The notes under the pieces were generated by a model. That model worked only from the letters and a program-made list of their open reading frames with translations. It was not told the DNA's origin and made no database searches. Shown here in pieces: positions 40,581-52,446 of a stretch of DNA of 64,000 bases. Numbering within the stretch: the first letter of the stretch is position 1; every line of letters starts with the position of its first letter. The stretch comes from Marsupella aquatica (lineage: Eukaryota; Plantae; Marchantiophyta): the NCBI GenBank assembly GCA_973895155.1, contig OZ316891.1, positions 12,460,771 to 12,524,770 of the forward strand. Direction: 5' to 3'. Both the position numbers and the translations under genes were made by a program.

Positions 40581-40640
40581 AGGCATGGCTGAGTGGTAGC
40601 TCATCTGGGTGGAGACTGATAGGTCTTGGGTTCAAGTGTT
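40581..40640 (+). mobile_element. Second tRNA-derived SINE-like head
   Basis: tggctgagtggtagctcat.tgg.tgg.gac..aggt...ggttcaa resembles the reverse complement of 38147-38220. Confidence 0.45.
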
Positions 40641-42142
40641 GTGACTGAATGTTCCCTTTCTGTGTGGTTTCACATATTTCTCCTTAAAAAAAAAACCCCC
40701 AAAAATAACTTAATTCAGTGTAACTTAATTCAGCCTTTTCGACTGACCTGACCTCTCACGAGCCTGGTATATATGCCACGGCTGCCCAAGCTCAACTATA
40801 CTACTACTTGAGTTTTCCCCCTCCCCAGACCTTCGAATCCATGGCAGTAGGAGTGGCACCCACTCAAAGAGGGGGAGCTGTCTTGAGGAACAACATTTTC
40901 CTCCAACTAATTAAGGTGATCTCTTTCCAATGTGGGGCCTGAGGACGTACTATCGAGAGGGAGACAAAAGGAGGCCAAACAGAATGGCGTGTTGCCGTGG
41001 CAGCAACAGGAGAGAAGCCTTCTTCCTCAATCTCCCTTCATACCGTGGGAGAAGGACTTGGCCAATGCTGTGCAGCTGATGGTCTGTCTCGGAAGGGACC
41101 TTGAGATCAAGTACTTAGATGATGTGCAGGTTGTGGCCACTACTTCTCTCGCAGTGCATAAGGGATCTCAAAGAACTGAGATTCCGAGCTGGTATGTATG
41201 TGCTAGTAGAATCTCAAGCAATTAATTACCGAGTGAAGTTTGGTAGTCGAGCTGTGAGATATGGTTGTCAAGTGGAACTCAAAGGTAAGTTTTGCTCAGA
41301 TTAGACGTTGGGTCTACTATTGTCAAGGTACTCTGGTCCTCTTGCCGACTAGTGATGATTGATTGGGTTGTGATATCATTCTTTCCAAGGTTAGAGCTAC
41401 CAAAAGAAAATTATCTTATATCAACTTTCATTTTGCTCTCATCATTATCTTATTGCTTTGGATGGTCAGGTTGTCAGGAGGCACTTATGTTTTGTCGAAC
41501 CCTGCAGTGATGAGGTATTCTATAATGCAAGCAAACAAGAATTTTTTTAGGGAGGGGAATGTTGTTAGCAAGACACTTGTGGTTTTAAATTTCTTTTGCT
41601 TTTTGCTGCCTTTTATATTTTTTGTGTGTTTTATGACTCCAGATGGCTAGAGAAATCTAGCAAAAAAAGGAGTCCCCAAAATGGATGTTATCAACCAGGT
41701 TACTGTTAGGGAGGCAGTTGCATATAGAAAAATTAGGCGTCATGTGAGAAAAAATTTAGCTCATGCCAGGGAAAAATTACTGTTAGGGGTCATGTGAGAA
41801 AAAATTTAGCTCATGTGAGGAAAAATTTACTGTTTCTTCACATGCTACAATGACCCTCTAGTGATTGGAGGCAACCGTTTGGTCAGTCCAATGATGAATT
41901 TAGGGTCAGGGATTCAGCAGTTAGTCCCAGGCAGAGGTAGCAAGTATGGACTCATCTCAAAGCACAACTGCCCTTCAAAAGCTATGGGTTACCCGAAGTT
42001 ACCATTAAAAGGAGATTTTTCCTGAAATTGTGGAGTAAAGTGGCATGCTAGAGGAGAACAGTGATTGAAATGTGGAAAAAGGGGGAGGTCTTGGACACTT
42101 CCCCTTATATAGGGGCAGTTGTGGTTCAAACAAATGGGAATC

Positions 42143-42179
42143 ATCAACAGCTTTCTAGTCAACCATCACAACTGCTCCT
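42143..42179 (+). repeat. 37-bp exact direct repeat, copy 1 (copy 2 at 48093-48129)
   Basis: atcaacagctttctagtcaaccatcacaactgctcct. Confidence 0.9.
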
Positions 42180-43027
42180 TGGTCATGTGTCAATGGTGCT
42201 GACTCTCCTAGTGAAGCCACTCGTTGAACACTAGACTGAAGTTTTAGCGCAATCCTCAGTATGAGACATAGAACAATGCATCGCATTCTGAATGGGTTTA
42301 GGGTTTATGACATCAAATTTTCTAAATTAGCCGGGTTGGAAAAGAATTTGGGAAACGTTACCGTTGCTGTGACCTGCTGACAAATGGATGTAAGGTTATT
42401 GGTGGATCACCTTTTAAAATTGTCCGGGGTTACTTTAGTTACCATAATAGTAGTCTCGCCCATGAGTCAATTGTGCAATGCTACCCTTATGTATACATTA
42501 ATCTGATCTGATCTGAATTTATAGAACAAGGTCGTAGCACTCTGTTTTGCCATCATGTATGCAGCACAATTTCCTCTGGAGAAGTTGGCGATTAGGGTTT
42601 GTGTCTCCTGGGTTCAGTCATTCTTTTGGACATTTTGTTTTGAGTATGAAGCAGACCGTAGTCAAAAGACTGTGACGGACTTGAGAGAGGAGAGATTTTA
42701 TCAGTTCCATCTTTGTCTTTGTATATTTTCATCGCTGATCATTTTGCCTGAATTTCAAGGTGCAAATGTGCAACAATGTGCACAGCTGCTGGAGACACAA
42801 TCCCCTCAAATTCGCGCAGGAGCTTCCAAGTGGAGGGAAGCTGCTACGAGGATCAGCAAAACTGGAACCCTTCACGCAAAGTCGTTGGTGGGATGGAATC
42901 ACGTCAACAGAACACTGACAGCTTGAAAATGGAATTGAAACGAGTAGGCGACATAAAAGCAAATTGAACCAGAAGTATAAGAGCGAACGATTTACTGGAG
43001 ATTCGAGAGCCGGAACCTCTACCTAGA

Positions 43028-45673
43028 GTGGAAGAGGGGCAATCTTCACCGAACTCTGAAGGCGAGGTGACTGAGAATTCAGTTAGACAAGACCTGAAAA
43101 CTGAGGAGATGCCCACGAAAGCGCTTCGGATGGATTGTCGGTCAAGTTTAGCATGGATGAAGCCAGGGCTCAATTTGATTGCTGAGGGCAGATTTCAATC
43201 TCGCACCAGCTATAGCAATAGAGATTGGTCTCACGACAATGCACAAGGGAATGGCATGACGCAGATCCATAGCACCGGTACCATGAGTGAAGCAATTGCT
43301 GGTTTGCAGAATCGTCTACAACGAGGCATTACCACAGACTCGTCCAGGTATATTAAAATTCTGCAGATGTGCTTGCAACAGAAAGACCTTTCAGCGACCA
43401 AGCAGGTACATGACTGCATCACCAAGAGTGGAATGGTTAAGAATCCATATGTGACAGGCAACCTCCTAAATGTGTATATCAAGTGCGGGAGATTGTTGGA
43501 TGCACGACGAGTTTTTGTAGAACTTGAGAAGAGGACGGTTATTCATTGGAATTCGATAATTGCAGGGTATGCTAAGAACGGTAATGCTGAATCCGCCTTT
43601 CAACTTTTCAAATTAATGCGCCAAGAAGGTGCGCGGCCTAATAACGTCACATATCTCAGCATACTGAAGGCATTTGCCAGCCCATCAGCTCTGAAATGGG
43701 GAAAAGAAGTGCATAGGTGTATTCGACATGGCGGTTTTGAATCAGATGTACGTGTAGGGTCTGCCCTCCTTCACATGTATGCGAAGTGTGGGTGCATCAC
43801 AGAGGCAAAGCTAGTTTTTGAAAATTTGACGAATCGAAATATCGTCACATGGAACATAATGATTGGAGCGTATGCAGAAAGTGGTCATGGGATGGAAGCA
43901 TATGGACTGTTTCTCCAATTGATACGGGAAGGCTTCGAACCAGATGCATTCACTTATGCAAGCATCCTGAATGCATCTGCATCTACGGGCGCTTTGGAGT
44001 GGGTGAAGAAAGTTCATGGGCATGCTCTCAAAGCTGGACTGGAGTCGGATTTGCGTGTGGGTAATGCACTCGTTCACATGTATGCAAAGAGTGGCAGTTT
44101 AGATCATGCCCGACTGGTTTTTGACAGAATGGAGAAACGCAGTGTAATCACATGGAACATAATGATTGGAGCGTACGCAGAAAGTGGTCTTGGGATGGAA
44201 GGTTATGGATTGTTTCTCCAAATGATACGGGAAGGCTGCGAACCAGATACGTGCACTTGTGCAAGCATCCTGAATGCATCTGCATCTACGGGGGCTTTGG
44301 AGTTGGTGAAGAAAGTTCATAGCTATGCTCTCAAAGCTGGACTGGACTCGGATTTGCGTGTGGGTAATGCGCTCGTTCAAATGTATGCGAAGAGTGGCAG
44401 TTTCGATGATGCCCGACTGGTTTTTGACAGAATGGAGAAACGCACTGTAGTCACATGGAACATTATGATTGGAGCCCATGCACAAAGTGGTCGTTGGATG
44501 GAAGCATATGGACTGTTGCTCCAAATGAGACGGGAAGGCTTCGAACCAAATGCAATCACTTATGCGAGCATCCTGAATGCATCTGCATCTGCGGGGGCTT
44601 TGGAGTGGGTGAAGAAAGTTCACGACCATGCTCTCAAAGCAGGACTGGAGTCGGATTTGCTTGTGGGCGGTGCACTGGTTCACATGTATGCGAAGAGTGG
44701 CAGTATAGATGACGCCCAACAAGTTTTTGACAGACTGGGGAAACGCGATGTAATCACTTGGAACATAATGATCGGTGGACTTGCACAACACGGACATGCG
44801 CATGCAGCCCTGGAACTTTTCAGAAAAATGAATGCGGACCATGTGAAGCCCATCGACACGTCATTCATAGCTGTGTTGTCTGCCTGTTCTCATGGTGGCC
44901 TTGTTGATGATGGCCGTAGAATCTTTTCAGCTATGACGCGAGATTATGGTATCGAGCGTACTGTTGTTCACTATAACCTCATGGTTGATATTCTTGGTCG
45001 GGCGGGACATTTGGAGGAAGCAGTGCAGTTCATCAGTGAGATGCCGATCGAACCAGATGATGTAACTTGGACAGCCTTGCTTGGGGCTTGTAGAACTTAC
45101 GGTAATGTGGAGCTGGGCGAGCTGGCCGCTGACAAGCTTTTCAAGCTGGAACCCGGTAAGGCCTCTACATATGTGCTGCTCTCCAATATCTATGCTGCAG
45201 CTGGGAAGTGGGAGAAGGTATCATCTGTGCGCACTATGATGCAAGAGAGAGGTGTTCGGAAGGAGCCAGGGCGTAGCTGGATTGAAGTTGATAACAAGAT
45301 CCATGAATTTGTTGTGGGGGATACGTCTCACCCAGAAGCGGAGGCGATATATACTGAGCTGAATAAATTGAGTGAAAAACTGAAGGCGGAAGGGTACATT
45401 CCGGATACCCAGCATGTATTGCATGATATCAATGAAGAGGATAAAGAGCTAGCCCTTTGCTCTCATAGTGAGAAGTTGGCTATTGCTTACGGACTTATGC
45501 ACCTACCCTGGGGAGAACCTATTCGTGTAAGTAAGAACCTTCGGGTGTGTTCAGATTGCCACTCAGCGACCAAGTATATCTCTAAGGTGACCGGACGCGA
45601 GATTATTGCAAGGGATGCAAATCGGTTCCACCATTTTAAAGATGGGATGTGTTCTTGTGGTGATTACTGGTGA
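43028..45673 (+). CDS. PLS-class PPR protein with E1-E2-DYW deaminase domain (organellar C-to-U RNA editing factor)
   Basis: About 17 P/L/S motifs ending P2-L2-S2, PG box KEPGRSWIEV, HSEKLA and CSDCH zinc ligands, terminal DYW. The first in-frame ATG within the ORF is at 43109. A putative upstream exon 42559-42596 joined to 42760 is in frame but interrupted by TGA at 42965-42967. Confidence 0.95.
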   Translation: MEEGQSSPNSEGEVTENSVRQDLKTEEMPTKALRMDCRSSLAWMKPGLNLIAEGRFQSRTSYSNRDWSHDNAQGNGMTQIHSTGTMSEAIAGLQNRLQRGITTDSSRYIKILQMCLQQKDLSATKQVHDCITKSGMVKNPYVTGNLLNVYIKCGRLLDARRVFVELEKRTVIHWNSIIAGYAKNGNAESAFQLFKLMRQEGARPNNVTYLSILKAFASPSALKWGKEVHRCIRHGGFESDVRVGSALLHMYAKCGCITEAKLVFENLTNRNIVTWNIMIGAYAESGHGMEAYGLFLQLIREGFEPDAFTYASILNASASTGALEWVKKVHGHALKAGLESDLRVGNALVHMYAKSGSLDHARLVFDRMEKRSVITWNIMIGAYAESGLGMEGYGLFLQMIREGCEPDTCTCASILNASASTGALELVKKVHSYALKAGLDSDLRVGNALVQMYAKSGSFDDARLVFDRMEKRTVVTWNIMIGAHAQSGRWMEAYGLLLQMRREGFEPNAITYASILNASASAGALEWVKKVHDHALKAGLESDLLVGGALVHMYAKSGSIDDAQQVFDRLGKRDVITWNIMIGGLAQHGHAHAALELFRKMNADHVKPIDTSFIAVLSACSHGGLVDDGRRIFSAMTRDYGIERTVVHYNLMVDILGRAGHLEEAVQFISEMPIEPDDVTWTALLGACRTYGNVELGELAADKLFKLEPGKASTYVLLSNIYAAAGKWEKVSSVRTMMQERGVRKEPGRSWIEVDNKIHEFVVGDTSHPEAEAIYTELNKLSEKLKAEGYIPDTQHVLHDINEEDKELALCSHSEKLAIAYGLMHLPWGEPIRVSKNLRVCSDCHSATKYISKVTGREIIARDANRFHHFKDGMCSCGDYW

Positions 45674-47339
45674 ACCCAGATTGAAAGCTGTGTTGAGCTG
45701 GCTGGAAAGTGACTTCAAATCAGTAGTCACTTGCAGAGCAGATACAATCAGGTTTTGGGTGTCGCAATTCTGTAACATTAATTTTGAGATTCTGCAATTG
45801 GGGATTGTACCTAGCCCTTTCCTGGCTGGAAGACCATTTCATGTAAGAGAAATGTTTCTCAAGTTTCCTTTTGAGTGTCGAAGTTATAGGTGCGTGAAAT
45901 CAAGCTCTTGGCTTGATATGTAGAAACCTCTTTTGACATCTTAGTTGAATATTGTCCTTAGATCAGAAGAAGAGTTTGCATACAGTAGCTGCCTTGCTGT
46001 GAACATGGTACTGGAAGGGAACTCACATTGGTGACAGGAGACGAAAATCAAGGGCATAAAGATCAAATGCGCGGATGGCGACCTCCACCAGCAGAAAACT
46101 TCAAGCAATCAGTTTTCGAGTTCATCGACTTGCAGGAAGCCTTTGGCCCCGAGACTGATGTATTCAGATCTTCGACGTCGGGATGATGTAGGTCGAAGAT
46201 TAGATAATTCAATTCTAGTAAAGTGGCCATGTTCTTCTGCTTCAAGGGAGTTGACAGTCTGGATTCGACCAAAACGATATGAAGTTCCATCTGCATCTCA
46301 ACTGCTCTGAACTTCTCAGATTCGCAAGATAAGGTCGTGAAACGTGCTCGTAAGCTTGTTAGCTACTCTGGGGTTAGGGAAGGCGTAAGAAAATAATTCT
46401 CAAATGACGCGAGAATGGAATGATGCACTGTACAGTGCTATCGTGAAGGATTATCGGACAAAGGGGGAAAGTGGACTGTATTTGCAGCAGAAACTTTGCT
46501 ACATTGACGGCATGATTGAATCCGAAAGCTCATAGACCGTGCGCGTGAACGCAGAAGGGAGCCATAGTTCTGCAAGGAATAGTGGAGTAGCATGCGTCTG
46601 TTGCTTCTTCTGGGCCCATGCCTACTTCAAGAAAATAGATTCATGTGTAGAAGGTCTTGAGAGAGAAGTAATAACAATCAGAGCATTAGGTAAGTATCCA
46701 AATGAAGGAGAACACCTTGCTATCATAAAACTCCTGCTGTTACCATAGCTTAATCTGTTATCTCTCTTTTTGGCTTGAATTTGCTTGGGTGAGATGTTGA
46801 AGACGTCTGGTGGAAAGACACCATTCTTCCTTTGAATTAATCCAAAAACAGTCAGGCAGCTATCAACCACTAAATTTAATGTTCTTGACACTGGAATGCC
46901 AATCTGGCAGTTGTTTTCCTCAATCCTCGGCTGTCAATTCAACGAGAAAACATAAATTTTTGCTAGCGACACTGGAAATGGCTAGCGAGGCGACCTGATT
47001 GGTCCGGAAATAAGTCACGATGACCAATATCCGATTAATTTTTGACCACGGTCTGAATAATTCTAATTGCCATGTGGACCTCCTCCAAGGATTTAAAAGC
47101 AGGATTATATCTTGTTTTTGCACGGATGAAATATTGTCCTGCCGTAGGAGGATGAGGGATGTTGTCCTGCTCTAGGCAGACGCATCATTATGTTCATGTC
47201 AGATTATTCAATGAAACATATGGTAGTCTTTTCAGTTACCATCCAGGCCGGAGATATGCTAGCATTGGTCTCATATTATAAAACTGAAAATGAAGTCCCT
47301 AATCTTTCTTCTCATCCGTATCAGTGTCACCTGAATCAG

Positions 47340-48050
47340 AATCATTCAAAGTACTTCTGCTACTGAGATCACTACTGATTCCCAACAGGTAGATTTGGTT
47401 GACTCATCTAAATGCTCGCTAACACTACCTGTCTCATCGTCTACAAAGTATGGGCGATCTAAATTATTCCAAGCGCCTTGATCCGGCCTTCGACCTTTGC
47501 CTTCCGATGTCAGAACGCTCTTCATCAGCCTCCTTTGCGGACCTCTTGGCATAGCAAGGCATAGAAAAAGGCTACTCTAGGGTCAGTAAAAAGGATCGTT
47601 TGATGTCCTTTTGAAGACTAAACCTGTCCTCAGAAAACCATTCCTTCTACCTATGACTGATGCAACCAGCACAATCAGTTACAGACAGGAAAATTCAACA
47701 ATAAAAATTAAAAACCATAATATGACTTGGTATAATCAAGAGGATAAGTACATTACTCCAGGTCAATTTCATTGCTTCCACCCGAGGTGCTCGTAAGTCA
47801 ATCTTGTGTCGGATCACCGTGAGCTCCCGGGAGTGAAAACTCATCATCAGAGTCCCCCTCTTTTGATGCCTTTTTCCCCCTTATCCACTTCCAACTAACG
47901 CACTTTGTGTGCCTGTGCAAAACCACCTTTAAACAATCTGAAGTAGCACCGTGTAGAATAATTGATAACAAATCAACCAGATAATTGTCAGGCACTGAAA
48001 GTGCTTCCATTACTAACAGTCCAATTGAGAACAATGTCTCTAGGAATAGT
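47340..48050 (-). pseudogene. Degenerate coding fragments, probably the 3' end of a TE gene
   Basis: Short exon-like piece after a cacag acceptor, ending ...SNEIDLE* with an internal stop. Shares 21/22 nt with the end of the MTase-like pseudogene. Confidence 0.3.
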
Positions 48051-48092
48051 ACAAATTTTATTAAGTGCTTGCATAAACCCGACTAGTTGGAT

Positions 48093-48129
48093 ATCAACAG
48101 CTTTCTAGTCAACCATCACAACTGCTCCT
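48093..48129 (+). repeat. 37-bp exact direct repeat, copy 2, followed by a local duplication (ggtagtcatca..cacctgctccagcaaactgcc) extending to about 48260
   Basis: Identical to 42143-42179. Confidence 0.9.
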
Positions 48130-49394
48130 GGTAGTCATCACTCACCTGCTCCAGCAAACTGCCACAGGACAGGAGTACTTCATGCCGTTCCCCCCTCCAG
48201 CGCAGTCTTGGTAGTCATCACTCCGGGTAGTCATCATTCACCTGCTCCAGCAAACTGCCCTGGCCTGCATATTACTTCTGTTATCACCTCCGTGAGTGAT
48301 CTCTCCATAATAGGGCCCCGAAACTTCACTTCGACTAGCTTATCGATCACCTTTGCTGCGCTTTCTGTCAATTATCAGCTCAGCTTGTCTCAATCTGTGG
48401 AAATGTGCGAACTGGTGTTGTAAACATTGAAAGTTGACCACGTCTGTATTCGCTCCACATTGACAGCTATGTCATCTGCGAATTGGCAATCGGATCAGGA
48501 ACAGCATTTTAACTCGCTGCAGCAATTATCTACCGGCTTGCACTAGTACGTACAAATCTATTGCTGCCAAGGATTACTCAATTAACCGGCCAGACAGGTA
48601 CGTCGATACACTGATCACTGAGTCATCATTTTTGTTTCAGTTCCTTTCAATATATATGGACATGCTCAGATCTAGTTCGCCGGTCGCTTTCAATTGTCCG
48701 AACTTTGCTAGGTGGGACCGATGCATCATCCTTCACTTGAATTGGAATATCCTCGACTTCAGCTGGATTCGCTGCTTCCTTGTTCTACAGGTGCTTCATT
48801 GAGAAGTGTCAGTTTTCATCAACAATAGGGCCCCAAAAACTCACACTGGTTACGAAGCATCCACGGTATGACAGGCATCGATTTCAATATTGATAAGAAA
48901 TTCCTTATTGAATAGAAAGGTAGCTTTGTGTGTCTCGAACGGCTAACGGAAGCTAGAATCCTTGAAAGTTATATACTCTGGTTGTGTGAGTTTCGCTAGC
49001 TGATTGGCGATTTGCCACTTTTCTTTTATCGAGACCTCCGACTTCGTTGACTGAATTGAACCGCAATACAATAGAGTAGTTGCTCTTCCTTTCGACTTTG
49101 CTTTGCCCGACACCTCTTCAGCAAGCCAATTTTTTGGAGACCACCACTTGCAAGACGGCCCTTATTAGAGGTCTTTGGTCCAGGGTGAAGCCTAGTGACT
49201 CTAGGGCAAAAGCTTACGTGCAAGTGGGGCGAAAAACAAAGATACGAAAAATCTGTCATAGCAAGCGGCTGTGTGTGGGAGTAAGTTGTGGTTAGTAATG
49301 GTCTAGCACAATGAATTGCAATGTCAGATTTGCTTCAATTTTCAATATATATTTAACTGTGACTAATATTTTCCATTATAAACTTCTGGTGTAG

Positions 49395-49923
49395 GTGTTC
49401 TGACTTTTGTCATCCTGCCCCGACAACCTGGTATGAGATGTCTCTTCTTAGTACTTCTATCACCTGTGGGGATTCTCTGGTAGGGTTACTTCCATCTACT
49501 GTTGAGATATGTAATGCAGTAGTTTCAGAATTTAATGTGGATGAGCCCGCATTGATCGTGGAGATTTTGAGACCAAAGGAGCTTCATATTGCATTAGGGT
49601 TACCTGAAGTTCCTCCAGATTTGCGACAGGGAATTGATCCTGAGGAGTCAGTTCAGATTTTTAGAGAGTGGTTGATACAATTTGCCAGACATGTGCCTGG
49701 AGTGACATCTGCTAAGAGAATTGGTGACCAGTTATCTCTATGCTGGCATCACTTATCTGATGAGCAGGTCACTTTGATTATATGCAGGGAGTGGCAGCAG
49801 CATCCATGGATGACTGTCATTCCTGACCATATCAACCAACCTTTCTGTCAGGTCCTAAAGATGACAGGTACTGGACTAGCACGAGCTCACTTATATGTGT
49901 GGCCACATGTGTTTGGGTTTTAG
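49395..49923 (+). CDS. Orphan ORF or terminal exon of an unknown protein (161 aa from ATG 49438)
   Basis: Stop-free frame with globular-looking composition, preceded by an AT-rich intron-like segment (donor gtaagt at 49281, acceptor gtag at 49394). No family recognised. Confidence 0.35.
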
Positions 49924-50969
49924 AGTTGTGTGTCTTCTCAGCATCTATTGTCACATCTAGTAACCCTGAGCCACTATCAGTTTTATTCATCTTTGACAAG
50001 AATGTATGAACTAGTCTAATTTCCGAGTTTCGCTTGTACTCTCGGAAATTCTGTGATCACTTCTTTTCAATTTTATTCAGTTCACATTCATCATCTTTCA
50101 ATTGAGACCACATCTGAACCCAATGTGGGGCTAGATTCTAAGCTTTCATGCAAACCTTCCTACTCAATGAGGCTGCTGAATCCCAAGATGAAAAGTGACT
50201 CGGCAAGGTCAGCCGCCTGCAATTTTTCCACTACATGTTCACTCGATGCTGAGTGAAAAGTGATTGAGCAAATTTAGCCAAGTGAAAAATTTCCAACTTT
50301 TGAAGGCCACGAAGAGGAAAAAAAAAAAAAAAATCAAATTTGGTGAGGCCGCTGAGATTCACTAGGATGTGTGACTTATAACTGATGGGGTTAACAGTCT
50401 CGTCTTCAACCTATGCAAAGCCAATGGCAAACTCACTCTTGACATTCAAAGGCATGTTGCACATTGCCTTGTTTGCAAACGTATAGCTAGCACAAAATAC
50501 TAGACAATAAATTCTCCATCATCAAATTCAGAAGTGGAGTAGAGCAATCTATGTCCAGACCACCATTTCCACCAAGATTTTGAAGATACCAAGTAAAAGA
50601 TGCAAAAAAAGACCAGGCCGCAGTTCCTCATGAAAACTCTGTTTCTCATTGAGAACGTAAAGAGGATAGAATTATGTCTAAGATGATTACTTAGGCTTCT
50701 TGTTTGAAAATGGCCGATAATAGGGAAGGATGTGAGTTGATACGTCACTCAATTTCCTGAATACCTGGCGAGTGTTTGAATTTGTTATGAGCACCAAGCA
50801 TGTCGCAGGCAAGGAGGCGGCTGGAGTACTTGCTTTTGATGCCGTCTCCTTTGAGGCACATTAGCTTCCTCCGCCAATACAAGAGGAGCCAAGTGCCTTA
50901 ATGAACTACAGTGGACCTAAGCGATCATAGGGGTTCATTCTAGGATCAGTAATCTTAATGTCTGTCTCA

Positions 50970-52120
50970 AGTAAAAGTCGCTTTGTATATTTGTATTTTG
51001 TCAGACTTGGATACTTGTCGGCATTGTTTCTCTACAACCGCCTCCATCGACTCCCGTAGACAGGTGCTCATTCCAGGGTCACGTATCCACAATGCCTATG
51101 GCACAAGTAAAGGACGTTTTCGTGTATTTGTGTCTTGTCAATCTTGAGTATTTGTCGGCTCTGCTTCTCAACAACGAACTTTTTGCCTTTTAATCGACTA
51201 CCGTAAACTTAGGTGTTCACTCTAAAGTCGAGTAGCCTAATGCCTCCGCTCCAAGCGAAGGGCTTCGGAGACTGACATTAAGGATTTACGTACTATGATC
51301 CAGTTGCTCAATTCCGTAAAATTCAGCACAAAAATGGGAAGTTTCAAGTTTGTTTGCTAGTCGTGGGCGCTACTAGGAAATTCCAAAGTCTCTTGTTAGT
51401 CCTCGTGTTGCTAGGGAGGCTGTCAGCATTGCTGTCCCTCCCGTAGATTTTTGCATGTAGTAAACTGATTAGTGGTTGGCACCTCAAACCGAACCAAACC
51501 TGTTCTGGGCGAACTCAAATTTCTGTCCACCCAACTTTTGACAGGAACAAACAGCGGTCAGGCAGGGATCCAACATTCCGCAGGCTTGCAAGGAGCTTTC
51601 CATGGGGCAGGCATTGCCCACCGACAGTCAGAGGAATCAGACATACCGTATGACGTGGAGTAACTATGCAGCAAGATGCCGTCTGATCCCCAGCAAGTGG
51701 TACATAAGTCTGCTGCAGCCAGCTGAATAGTGAAAACCCAACAAACGAACCCATAGCGAACTTTACAGAACCTTTTGTCTATGCGTGCTGCTCATGGGGC
51801 TGCATTCTCTTGAGCAATGCCCTTTCTGACTATTAAAGCTATTTTACTTCGTAGGCTGTTAGGGCCCACCAAGGAAACCGCCTTTATCGAATATCAACGT
51901 GATGCTAATAAGCAAATCTTTGAAGTACATCAGCACTGCGGCACATAGTAAGGGTCATACCATTATGCACTGAAGTCCAGCCTGTTAGGACCCACCCAGG
52001 AAACCCCCTTCATCAAGAACCAATGCATCTCACCGTAATGCTAATAAGCAAATCTATAAAGTTGATCGGCACTTCGACATATAGTATAAAGCCAGTCATA
52101 CCATTATGCACAAAATTCCA
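50970..52120. repeat. Two pairs of local tandem duplications (about 50970-51230 and 51855-52115) downstream of DWF5
   Basis: gtaaa.g.cg.ttt.gt.tatttgt...ttgtcggc occurs twice; ctgttagg.cccacc.aggaaacc...atgctaataagcaaatct...gtcataccattatgcac occurs twice. Confidence 0.7.
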
Positions 52121-52446
52121 AAACGCGACGTCGTTCATGAGCAGAACTTGTAATGCTTCAGTCATGCTCGATCCCGCTCCCAACCTTGAAAGCAGTTGAT
52201 TTAACAATCAAAACACTCGAAGTCCACCTTATCTAAATGTACTAGAGTTGCCGTGAAGATGAGCTGCAATAGTGAACCGATTCGAAACTGAGTCATGCAG
52301 ATCCAGATTAGGACCAGTTACCAATGTTGCTGATGTTCTCGTGTAATCCCTTTGCCCTCATGTGAACTTCAAGGATAAAAAGTGCGTTCCCATCACCGAC
52401 ATGGTACCCCCTCTATTTAGATTTCTGAGATCAAGCGGGACGCTCC

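Noticed and set aside
42295-42306. Interstitial telomere (TTTAGGG-like; also near 8575 and 57037)
   Set aside because: Fewer than two full units, as expected by chance or as telo-boxes.
44099-44842. 247-aa antisense ORF inside the PPR gene (likewise 2750-3304 inside the bHLH gene and 22675-23130 over SNRNP27)
   Set aside because: Shadow ORFs explained by codon bias and by repetition of the real coding sequence.
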